From an uncultured Nitrospiraceae bacterium (GTDB lineage Bacteria > Nitrospirota > Nitrospiria > Nitrospirales > Nitrospiraceae), in contig CAWJWJ010000002.1 of the NCBI GenBank assembly GCA_963846575.1, forward strand, positions 384,001 through 448,000: a DNA stretch of 64,000 nt. The letters are read 5' to 3'. Both the position numbers and the translations under genes were made by a program. Shown here piece after piece: positions 52,714 through 60,300 of this stretch (positions are counted from its first letter, which is position 1; the number at the start of each line of letters is the position of its first letter). The notes beneath the pieces are model-generated. The model had not been told where the DNA came from. It made no database searches and saw nothing but the letters and a program-made list of their open reading frames with translations.

Positions 52714-53217
52714 ATGTCTGTTGAAGGCTCTCTCGGTTCCTCGAACGGTGGACGGCCACTGAGCCAAAAATCCCGCTACGGCGTGCCTCGGTACCGCGTC
52801 ACGCTCGTGCGCGAGGGCCGTGCCATTCCCGCGACCGAGTCCATCACGACGTCGGAGGGCGCTGCGGAGCTCCTGCGTCCCTTGTTCGCCGGTCTGGACC
52901 GGGAGCAGTTCCTGTTCTGTGGCCTGGATGCGAAGCATCGGCTTATCGGCATCAATGTGGTGTCCACCGGGTCGCTCACCCTGGCCATTGTCCATCCCCG
53001 CGAAGTCTTCAAACCGCTGATCCTGATGAATGCCGGGGCCTGGATTTGTTCGCACAACCACCCCTCTGGCGATACCATGCCCAGCCCGGAAGATCGCGTC
53101 CTGACCACACGGCTGCGCGAAGCGGCTGATCTGTTCGGCATTCCGCTGCTGGACCATCTCATCTTGGCTGACGACCGCTATTACAGCTTCGCCGACCAGG
53201 GCTGGTTCGGCGCCTAG
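52714..53217 (+). CDS. RadC-like JAB/MPN domain protein
   Basis: DREQF....LD.KHR.I, VHPREVFK, HNHPSGD..PS.ED and LLDHLI motifs; AAGGAGG RBS. Confidence 0.92.
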   Translation: MSVEGSLGSSNGGRPLSQKSRYGVPRYRVTLVREGRAIPATESITTSEGAAELLRPLFAGLDREQFLFCGLDAKHRLIGINVVSTGSLTLAIVHPREVFKPLILMNAGAWICSHNHPSGDTMPSPEDRVLTTRLREAADLFGIPLLDHLILADDRYYSFADQGWFGA

Positions 53218-53342
53218 CGGAGCAGCCGCACCACCCAGGTCGCTCCGGCGGCTACCAAGGCGAGCCCGATCGCTGCCGTGCCCCAGGCGACCAGGTCGGT
53301 GGCCAACGCGTTCCCGATGTTTTGAATCTGTTGCGCCGTCAT
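53214..53342 (-). CDS. Leaderless coat-like protein, 42 aa, paralog of the adjacent major coat (not in ORF track)
   Basis: AAGGAG RBS; MTAQQIQNIGNALATDLVAWGTAAIGLALVAAGATWVVRLLR*; DL..W.TA.IG.AL shared with 53436-53648. Confidence 0.7.
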   Translation of the reverse strand: MTAQQIQNIGNALATDLVAWGTAAIGLALVAAGATWVVRLLR

Positions 53343-53435
53343 CACGAAACTCCTTTGCCGCCACCCTCTCGATGTTGTCGTAGGATGCGAGAAAAGGAGG
53401 CAGGCTGCTGCTCAGCCCGCCTCGATGGGCTCTTC

Positions 53436-53648
53436 CTAGCCCACAATCGCGCGCACGCGCTTAAAGGCGTAGATCGCCAGGGCCACGCCGATCAGGGCCG
53501 TAGCCCACAAGAGCAGATCAGCCCGCACTGTGGCCACATCCGCCGACACCGGAAACAACTGCGCCTGTGACAGCGCCGGGATGCCCAGGGCGAACACGAA
53601 CGCCATGAGCACGCCCCCAAGCCCCTTGACCCAACCCCATCCCTTCAT
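53436..53648 (-). CDS. Major coat protein (pVIII-like) with signal peptide, 70 aa
   Basis: Strong AAGGAGGTG RBS; leader ending SQA; mature part has amphipathic N-term, TM and basic C-term FKRVRAIVG. Confidence 0.8.
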   Translation of the reverse strand: MKGWGWVKGLGGVLMAFVFALGIPALSQAQLFPVSADVATVRADLLLWATALIGVALAIYAFKRVRAIVG

Positions 53649-53715
53649 ACTGCACCTCCTTGTGCTGTGGTGGTCACGTCCACCCACGCCGCCGGAATGC
53701 TCGCCGGCGGACGAG

Positions 53716-53759
53716 TGCCTCAAGGCCTTGAGGCAGAATCAGTGCTGAGGCAGAATCAG
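53716..53759. repeat. 20-bp perfect palindrome overlapping a 14-bp direct repeat
   Basis: TGCCTCAAGGCCTTGAGGCA at 53716-53735; TGAGGCAGAATCAG at 53729-53742 and 53746-53759. Confidence 0.85.
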
Positions 53760-53843
53760 CTTGATAATCAGACCGACGGCAAACCCGCCGAGCCAGAAGA
53801 TCGCTGTGAAGTAGGTCATCATCTCAATCGCCTGCTGGTCCAT
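53739..53843 (-). CDS. Small single-TM protein, 34 aa (pVII/pIX-like; not in ORF track)
   Basis: AAGGAG RBS; MDQQAIEMMTYFTAIFWLGGFAVGLIIKLILPQH*. Confidence 0.65.
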   Translation of the reverse strand: MDQQAIEMMTYFTAIFWLGGFAVGLIIKLILPQH

Positions 53844-54831
53844 AGAACACTCCTTCGCCGATCAGCTGCATCGATCCCTCTTCATAGACTTCCGACACGA
53901 CGACGCCATACCGGCCGGTGATCTGAGCCGCCGTGAGGATCTCGCCACTGTCCAACAGATAGCGCCAGCCTTGACGGTTCGCCGACATGCCGGCGCCGCC
54001 AAGAATGCGCACGGGGCGTTTGGGAAGTGACGGTGTGGCCACGGAGGGAGCGAACGCGCCCAAGGGATTCACCAGACTGCCCGGCGTCGATGCAGACGGC
54101 AGCGAAGACAATGTCGCGGTGCTACTCACGCTCGTTGCCGGCACTCCCTTGGTGCTGCTTAATGACGACCAGGGCCGCCAAACCATGAGGGTGAGAGCAA
54201 ACAGCCCTGCCGCAATGCCGATCGCCACCCGCGCCGACTTGAAGACCGTATGGCTGCGTTTCTCTTCCCGGATCGCCGCCGACGCGTAACTGGAATAGTA
54301 GGCGTAGATCGCCGGCGAATAGGTCCCGACGAAGGCCCGAATGACGTCATGGTCTTCGGGGTTCCCGCGCACCTTGCCCTGATATTTTTTCGCCAAGCCC
54401 ACGAAGGCGAGTTTTCGAAACTTCACCGTGGCTTCGATGAGCCGGGTCACACCTTGGGACATCTGGCGGAAATCCTGGCTCATGAGCAGAATGTCCACGC
54501 CGTAATGCCGATGGGTTTCGAGCCAGCGGAGGAGACCTGGCTCCACCTTCTGCATCGACCGAAACACGGTCTGGGCTTCGTCGATAATCACCGCCGAGCC
54601 CGGTTCGACATGTGGAAAGGCCTGCAGGACTTCCACGGAATCCTTCCAGATCGTGATCTGCTGTTCGAGGACGGAAAGTTCGATGCCCGTGAACAAGGCC
54701 AGCCGATCCAGATAGATCCCATCGACCGCGATGTAGAGTCGCCGGCCTTGCCGCACCCAGGGCAAGAATTTCTCGCAGATCGCGTGGTAGGACTTGCCCG
54801 AGCCCGGCACGCCTTCATACAGTTCAATCAT
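53824..54831 (-). CDS. Zot/pI-like morphogenesis ATPase
   Basis: Walker A GVPGSGKS at the N-terminus, Walker B VIIDEAQ, HRHYGVDILLMSQ, single TM then Ser/Pro-rich tail. Confidence 0.92.
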   Translation of the reverse strand: MIELYEGVPGSGKSYHAICEKFLPWVRQGRRLYIAVDGIYLDRLALFTGIELSVLEQQITIWKDSVEVLQAFPHVEPGSAVIIDEAQTVFRSMQKVEPGLLRWLETHRHYGVDILLMSQDFRQMSQGVTRLIEATVKFRKLAFVGLAKKYQGKVRGNPEDHDVIRAFVGTYSPAIYAYYSSYASAAIREEKRSHTVFKSARVAIGIAAGLFALTLMVWRPWSSLSSTKGVPATSVSSTATLSSLPSASTPGSLVNPLGAFAPSVATPSLPKRPVRILGGAGMSANRQGWRYLLDSGEILTAAQITGRYGVVVSEVYEEGSMQLIGEGVFYGPAGD

Positions 54832-54914
54832 CGGAGACTCCTCAGATACACCCAGATCCACAGGGCTAAGACGACGGTCCAGGCATAGGCCCACCCGATC
54901 ACGAGCTGGTTCAT
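54828..54914 (-). CDS. Small single-TM protein, 28 aa
   Basis: MNQLVIGWAYAWTVVLALWIWVYLRSLR*; ATGA overlaps with both neighbours. Confidence 0.65.
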   Translation of the reverse strand: MNQLVIGWAYAWTVVLALWIWVYLRSLR

Positions 54915-55186
54915 GAACCCCACCGGACAAATGGAATAGTCTGTAAGATGAATCGGGTCCCCATGGCGCTCGCCAGGATGGCCAGCGCCTGACTCATGCC
55001 CGTCGCGCCCAGCACCCACGCGTACTGATCGGGGATGACCGGCAGCGTGAGGCCTGCCGTCCCCACGGTCGCGAGCGTGCTGTCCGCCGCGGAGAGCAGC
55101 GAATCCCAGATGCTCAATCCCCAATCGGTGAGGGAGAAGAAGAACTCCTGCAGCCAGCAATAGATCAGGGTCAGAATGGCGGTCAT
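54911..55186 (-). CDS. pVI-like (DUF2523-type) minor coat protein, 91 aa
   Basis: MTAILTLIYCWLQEFF...AWVLGATGMSQALAILASA...RFILQTIPFVR; ATGA overlap with the upstream stop; lies between the pIII-like gene and pI. Confidence 0.75.
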   Translation of the reverse strand: MTAILTLIYCWLQEFFFSLTDWGLSIWDSLLSAADSTLATVGTAGLTLPVIPDQYAWVLGATGMSQALAILASAMGTRFILQTIPFVRWGS

Positions 55187-55819
55187 GAGCTGGTCTGGCC
55201 TCCCACAAAGATGATGCGGTACGCCGCAATGGAAGCCGCCGCAATGACCAATGTCCGGAGCACAGTGAAGAACCAGGCCCATTGATTGAAGTCGACGTGC
55301 TGACTGCCGAAGAAGGCGGAGGGCAGCGCAATCACCGGCAACGTCGACCGCACAGAGGGGAACATTGGTCGTGCTGAATTGGATGCTCGCATTGAGGTAA
55401 TTCGCATTGGCCGGGGTGCTGGTCCCGAGACCCGGAAAGGTCTGGATGCCGGCGTTGCTGCTCGTGACTTGCCAGCCGCCGGGTGTTGAAGCCGCCGATT
55501 TAATGGCCGACAGGTCGGATTGCGAATAGTACATCTGAGCCAGGACTAAGCCGGCCCCCACGCCGAGTGCGGCCCACCCAACCGGACCGGCGACCATGCG
55601 GACGGCTACAGAGGCGGCCGAGGGCGCCACTGCAGCGGAGGCCACCTGACCCGCCAAGGCGGACCGTTGCGCGGCGAGATAGGCAATGCGTTCGGCTTGC
55701 GCGACCACCCTGGAATACTGCGTGGCGGTTTGTGCGAGGGATTCTCCAGGTGCCAGACAGAACGAGACCAAAAGGCCCCAGATAAGTGAGAGATAACTGG
55801 TGAGTGAAAGCAGTTTCAC
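55183..55819 (-). pseudogene. pIII-like attachment protein, frameshifted and probably internally deleted near 55348
   Basis: Signal peptide and ~155-aa N-part in one frame; C-terminal anchor STLPVIALP...VDFNQWAWFFTVLRTLVIAAASIAAYRIIF in another. Confidence 0.65.
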
Positions 55820-55890
55820 AATCGTCCAACTCCAAGGCCGGTGAGGAAGGCCAGTAACAGGACCGCCACGAGAATAATGGTGAGATCCAC
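55816..55890 (-). CDS. Small single-TM protein, 24 aa (pVII-like)
   Basis: GGGAGG RBS, GTG start, MDLTIILVAVLLLAFLTGLGVGRL*; GTGA overlap with the pIII-like start. Confidence 0.6.
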   Translation of the reverse strand: MDLTIILVAVLLLAFLTGLGVGRL

Positions 55891-56394
55891 CGGCCTTCCT
55901 CCCTCTGCCGTTATTTCAAGACTTCCAGCCCAGAGAGGTCGAAGAAGACCCGTCCGGTCTGCTCGAACTTCCGGACTTCGATCGAGACTTTCGCTTGCTT
56001 GCCCTCGGCTTGCTTGCAGGCTTCGATTAAGGGCATCTGATCGTCCGGAATCCCCAATCGAAGCACCCCCGGATCTCGGCCCTTCACATAGAGATCCACC
56101 GATCGGTAGACTTTCCCTTCCCGACTCCTCCGCTCCACATAGCCCTGGACCGCTCCCTCCGCTTTGACTTGCATCGTCGTCCCCTCCTGAATAATGGATT
56201 GAATTCGGATCAGCCAAGCGCCTGACCCACACGCCCCGGCCTTCAGACCGGGCTTTTGGTCGAAAGCAGAATTCCGAATCGCATTCCCGACAGCTCAGAT
56301 ACAAGGCGCCCTGTTCCCACTTGCACCGACAGCCTCTCGCGCCACATCCCGGACACATGCGTCGCCAGTAGCCGTTATGAAACTCTAAGGACAT
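55816..56394 (-). CDS. Zn-ribbon ORF (CPGC...CREC) reading through the SSB gene in another frame
   Basis: Two CxxC pairs in the first 40 aa; true extent uncertain. Confidence 0.35.
   Translation of the reverse strand: MSLEFHNGYWRRMCPGCGARGCRCKWEQGALYLSCRECDSEFCFRPKARSEGRGVWVRRLADPNSIHYSGGDDDASQSGGSGPGLCGAEESGRESLPIGGSLCEGPRSGGASIGDSGRSDALNRSLQASRGQASESLDRSPEVRADRTGLLRPLWAGSLEITAEGGRPVDLTIILVAVLLLAFLTGLGVGRL
55911..56174 (-). CDS. ssDNA-binding protein (pV-like), 87 aa
   Basis: Size, beta-rich pattern (SREGKVY hairpin), position after Rep, GGAGG RBS. Confidence 0.65.
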   Translation of the reverse strand: MQVKAEGAVQGYVERRSREGKVYRSVDLYVKGRDPGVLRLGIPDDQMPLIEACKQAEGKQAKVSIEVRKFEQTGRVFFDLSGLEVLK

Positions 56395-57367
56395 AGGGCG
56401 TGCCTTTTCGTCGTTCCTTCAGCAGGGCATAGTGTTTCTGCTTCCATTTCTTGGTGCCGGCATAGATCAACTCCTTCAGGAACTGATCACCTCGGCAGGC
56501 CACCACCACGGCCAGCATCGAGGCAACGGATTGGGCGAGCCAGGCGGCCACGTCATCTAGCCGTTGCTGAATCCGTTCAACCACCAGGCGGCAGCGCTTG
56601 AAGCCTTCGGTCAGGGCGTGCCACCACCCCAACAGCGGCGCCCGATATTTTTCGTAGGATTCCGCTTCCCGCGTCGTCTCGCGGAAATCCACATAGGAGC
56701 GGAGCACCCCCACCATAAAGGCCCGCCAGTCTTCGGCATCGAGCGTGAGCAGAGCTTTGGCGCAGGCTTGGGCCCGGTCTTGTTTGAATTCCATTTCCCA
56801 CCGGACTCCATAGGAGGCCGCGTCTTCCCGGCCTTCGACTCTGCAGTTCCAGTCGTTTGTCATAGACCCGCAGCATGCTTTGGCTTTCCCGGCTGCCAAA
56901 GTAGAGGGTTTCACCGGTCCGGACCCCGTCGCGTGATTGGAGGCTTGGATCACTTTGAATTGCTTAGACCGACTCACGACCTGTCCGGCTTCCACGGCTT
57001 GCCGGACGGTCTCAACTGCGACCGTGGCCTCCCGGTCGTCCAGGGCCACGTCGGTCCGAGTCACATGGCCCTTCTGCGCGAAGATCCAGGCCAGGACCGT
57101 CTTCAGCTTGATCTCATCCCACTGGGAGATAATTCCGGCCGACAGATCCACGTGCACTTCCTTCGGACTGCGAGGCGCACCCGTCCCCAGTTTCCCCACG
57201 CCGGTCTTGCCCTGCGTCATGAGCCGTGCGACGGGATAGCCGCGAAAGCCCGTCTCACTCTGGAACCAATCGCCCCCAATCGTCTTGATGACCTCGTCCA
57301 CGTCAGCCTTCGGCAGTGTGAACGCCAGCCAATCAATCGTGTGAGTGAATCCGCCAGAACCCGTCAT
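56375..57367 (-). CDS. Rep_trans-family rolling-circle initiator; two compensating frameshifts near 56930 and 56836
   Basis: IDWLAFT, TRTDVALDD and RWEMEFK; the catalytic segment GETLYFGSRESQSMLRVYDK is in an alternative frame. Confidence 0.88.
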   Translation of the reverse strand: MTGSGGFTHTIDWLAFTLPKADVDEVIKTIGGDWFQSETGFRGYPVARLMTQGKTGVGKLGTGAPRSPKEVHVDLSAGIISQWDEIKLKTVLAWIFAQKGHVTRTDVALDDREATVAVETVRQAVEAGQVVSRSKQFKVIQASNHATGSGPVKPSTLAAGKAKACCGSMTNDWNCRVEGREDAASYGVRWEMEFKQDRAQACAKALLTLDAEDWRAFMVGVLRSYVDFRETTREAESYEKYRAPLLGWWHALTEGFKRCRLVVERIQQRLDDVAAWLAQSVASMLAVVVACRGDQFLKELIYAGTKKWKQKHYALLKERRKGTPYVLRVS

Positions 57368-57396
57368 TTTTTGCTCCTTGGCTTGCGTGCGATAGA

Positions 57397-57423
57397 CGCC
57401 CCCGTCTTACCAAGTCGGGGGCG
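57397..57423 (-). other. Predicted double-strand origin (nick-site hairpin)
   Basis: Minus strand CGCCCCCG-ACTTGGTAAGA-CGGGGGCG, 30 nt upstream of rep; resembles the C-run/TAA/G-run nick hairpins of Rep_trans/MOBT enzymes. Confidence 0.7.
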
Positions 57424-57676
57424 GGGTCGGCTGCGCGCGCCGCCGGCTGGCGCCGCCTTGCGCGCTGCGCGATCCCGTCTTTCTCCCGGCTTCGACAAAA
57501 GACGGACCATTCCCTTTGGCCTGCAGCGCTTCCTTGACGCGTTCAAGATCGAAACGGACGAACCGACAGAAGCGATCAACCGGAATCTCGCCTTTGCGGT
57601 AAGCGCGGCGGATCGACTTCGGGCTGACTTTGAGGACGGCGGCCAACTCATCGACGGTTAACCATGTTTGTTCCAT
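57407..57676 (-). CDS. Xis-like/HTH_17 DNA-binding protein
   Basis: WLTVDELAAVLKVSPKSIRRAYRKGEIP...VRFD; AAGGAG RBS. Confidence 0.85.
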   Translation of the reverse strand: MEQTWLTVDELAAVLKVSPKSIRRAYRKGEIPVDRFCRFVRFDLERVKEALQAKGNGPSFVEAGRKTGSRSAQGGASRRRAQPTPPPTW

Positions 57677-57765
57677 CACGTCTCCTTTGTGAGTGCAGCA
57701 CACGATGTATGGCGGAACCATACGCATCTGCGTGCGGTGGTGAAAAGAGGCCGGTTCATGGACCT

Positions 57766-57795
57766 GGGGACACCAGGGGACACTGAGGGACACTA
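57766..57795. repeat. Three tandem 10-bp direct repeats
   Basis: GGGGACACCA GGGGACACTG AGGGACACTA, upstream of the HTH gene. Confidence 0.8.
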
Positions 57796-58432
57796 CGGCA
57801 TTCCATTCCAAGCCGTGATCAGAGCAGGAATGGGAGTCGAAGGAATCTATGCAAAAAGATTGTCAGGAGGATGAGTCGCTACTGAAGAATGACGAAAGGC
57901 CACGCTGGGCTTGATGGTTCGACGGCTGGTACGAATAAGGCCTATGGAAATTTATAGGGCAAATGGAACTGAGATGAGGCGAATCATCTTTAGCGCCCCG
58001 ATCAAAATACGGCGCAATCATGCAAAAAATAGTCATCGGGCCAAATTACTTTGAATAGGGCCAAATGGCTCTGGCCTCAACAGGGCGAATTCGAGCCTCG
58101 TGCTTTGGGCAATAGAGAGAAGTCACAGTGGACGGTGTTGCAAGAAAGTAATGGTTGATGGCCTTCCAACGAGCGAAGACTGGAAAACTGTAGAGCCCGA
58201 GATAATCGACTTCACCTTCGGGTGAGTGTGAAGTGGGTATGGTCCTGGCCGACCAATGCGGCTGAAGAAAATAATCACGACTACAGTGGGCTTGCAAGCG
58301 ATTAAGTTCGCACATGCGGTACAAGAGGTTCTTATCTCTCAGCCTTAAACAGAAACCCCCCTACTGCACGTTTGGCACTTCGCGGCAGTTGGGAGCACTC
58401 GATCAGCAGTGGCAGGAAGACTCTGTGAAACT

Positions 58433-58575
58433 TTAGCCCGGCTGAATAGCAGTGAATTCCAGAACGAAGGTTGTCCCTTCGTCTTCTGAACTGTGCACGC
58501 GAATTCTCCCTTTGTGATCCTCCACGACGGCTTGCACGAGGGTCAGCCCGAGGCCCCAGCCTGGAAGTTGTGAAT
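58433..58575 (-). pseudogene. C-terminal remnant of a histidine kinase ATPase domain
   Basis: GWGLGLTLVQAVVEDHKGRIRVHSSEDEGTTFVLEF; no upstream kinase domains. Confidence 0.7.
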
Positions 58576-59120
58576 GGGAAGTCCTCGTCGGCCTAGAATA
58601 ACCGCTTAAAAAATCTAATTGACCAGAGAGTTCAAGAAGCGTAATCCGCGTCACAACGGGAATCGTGCACCTTGATATTGAGCAAGAAGCGTCATCAGGA
58701 AGCTTGGTTTAGCATCGCCTGCGGTGAGAGTTCGGCAATCGTATGGCCGCAAAAACTGCCTGAAACGTTTCAAGTGGACGACAGAAGAGGGCCACTAGAT
58801 GCACCGAGCAACCCATCGTTATCAAAAACTCCTTTGGCAAATCCCATGGGATGTCTTTGAATGAATCGATAACACTATTGCGGAGGCGCCGAAGGCGGGA
58901 TGTGATTCACACACCCTAGACGGGCTTAAATATCTAGAAACCCTCTCATCAGCTGTCCAAGATCGCAGAGGTTCTCTCCGAAGCGACCGGACGATCGCGA
59001 AGAATTCGATGAGGATTTGGACGATGAGACCGCGATTGAAATCCGCCAGCCTGCTCCATGGCATCAAGAAAGATAACAAAGGTGACTGTTCCTGGGAGAC
59101 CGGGTCGTCGGAAGGTGCCG

Positions 59121-59272
59121 ATGTTTTTCATGTGGGCCGCAATCTTCTTTCTAATCGCACTGGCTGCAGGCGCCGTCGGGTTTACTGACATTTCTGCCGA
59201 CGCCTCGCATATTCCAGAATCCTGTTCTGTATTTCATGGGCGATTTTTCTCTTTTTACTCAGTCCTGGTTGA
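59121..59272 (+). pseudogene. DUF1328-type small membrane protein, frameshift near 59213
   Basis: WAAIFFLIALAAGAVGFTDI...ASHI continues as RILFCISWAIFLFLL in the shifted frame. Confidence 0.65.
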
Positions 59273-59704
59273 TTTTAATCAAAATATCAAGTCGGTCGCG
59301 CGTGGCGTCGGGATCAATGGCAATTGGAGAGGGCTGCTTCGAAACATAAAAATAAGATGCTCAAGTACCGCTGCCTGGCCAAATCTCCGGAAAGCGCTAT
59401 ACTTCTACTATGCTCGCGCCGGAATTCATCCTCTTCCTGATGCTCGATGTCATGGTGCTGACGTGGACCGTCTTGAAGGTCTTGGTCAACCGTATGATTG
59501 ATTCGGATCCCCATCTCCCCCCTCGTGTCACAGCACAACCCTCAGAGCCTTCTGATCATCTTCGGCGAGTGGCCTAACTTGTAGGCCCGTGCATCATCCT
59601 CGTTCCAATCTATCCTGCTGACTAAATATATACGCAACATGTCTCCAGGGCGACATGTCCCTTCCACTCCCCGCGGATTAATATTGAGGAGGCCATTCCC
59701 GTCT

Positions 59705-60064
59705 ATGGACCAGGTCGACGCACACCTAGAGATCCTTCTGCAAGACTTTATGCGACTGTGTCCCGAGGACGCGCCCTTAGAGGCAGACGACTGGACCGGC
59801 CTGCATGAAATTTATGTGTTTATCTACGAGCAGGGGATTCAGTGCGTACCTTCGACCTTTCGAGATTTCTTGATTCAGCACGGCTATTCCGAGAATAAGG
59901 CGAGAGCCGTGAGTCAGCACTATAGTCAGTACCTTCACCAGCTGAAGGTGCGTGGTCACGATCCCCAGACCTCTGTCCAGAAGCTGGACGAGACGCCAAC
60001 GCAAACTGGCGCTGAGGCTCACTCTCAGAATAAAGGGGCGACGGATGTGTCGGTTCCAATTTAA
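59705..60064 (+). CDS. Hypothetical protein
   Basis: 119-aa helical-looking ORF, GAGGAGG upstream. Confidence 0.55.
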   Translation: MDQVDAHLEILLQDFMRLCPEDAPLEADDWTGLHEIYVFIYEQGIQCVPSTFRDFLIQHGYSENKARAVSQHYSQYLHQLKVRGHDPQTSVQKLDETPTQTGAEAHSQNKGATDVSVPI

Positions 60065-60221
60065 CCGTAAGAATCATGATTCCGTTGTCGTCGAGGGGAG
60101 CCGGGTCGACATAGTGGACGGCTATATCACAGTCGTGGATGCGCAAGACCGGCCTCTTGCGACGTTTGACCCAGCCGAGCTGTCGAGTTGGTACCGAGTC
60201 ATGGACCCGTTCAGAACTTAA
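60045..60221 (+). CDS. Small hypothetical protein, 58 aa
   Basis: AAGGGG RBS; beta-rich MCRFQF...VDGYITVVD...LATF..AELSSW. Confidence 0.45.
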   Translation: MCRFQFNRKNHDSVVVEGSRVDIVDGYITVVDAQDRPLATFDPAELSSWYRVMDPFRT

Positions 60222-60300
60222 TTCTTTTTCGTACGCCGGTCAGCAGTCGGCCCCCGATGATAATGGTTGACCCATGGACGCAAAAGGGGTGTTTGTCTCA

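Larger units (their letters stand above)
52500..57800 (-). mobile_element. Filamentous-phage (inovirus-like) prophage
   Basis: Zot/pI ATPase, Rep_trans, SSB-like gene, pIII/pVI-like genes and several short single-TM genes, tightly overlapped on one strand; boundaries approximate. Confidence 0.88.

Noticed and set aside
53824..54831. Interpreting the Zot-domain gene as a toxin
   Set aside because: Context and motifs indicate the phage assembly ATPase; the tail shows no evidence of an enterotoxin domain
52502..57845. Imperfect 11-bp inverted match TTCCATCGACT (52502) / AGTCGAAGGAA (57835) near both prophage edges
   Set aside because: Short, one mismatch, no target duplication; compatible with chance
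57849..58035. Two similar motifs ATGCAAAAAGATTGTCA and ATGCAAAAAATAGTCA
   Set aside because: A-rich, imperfect, only two copies; insufficient to call operators or att arms
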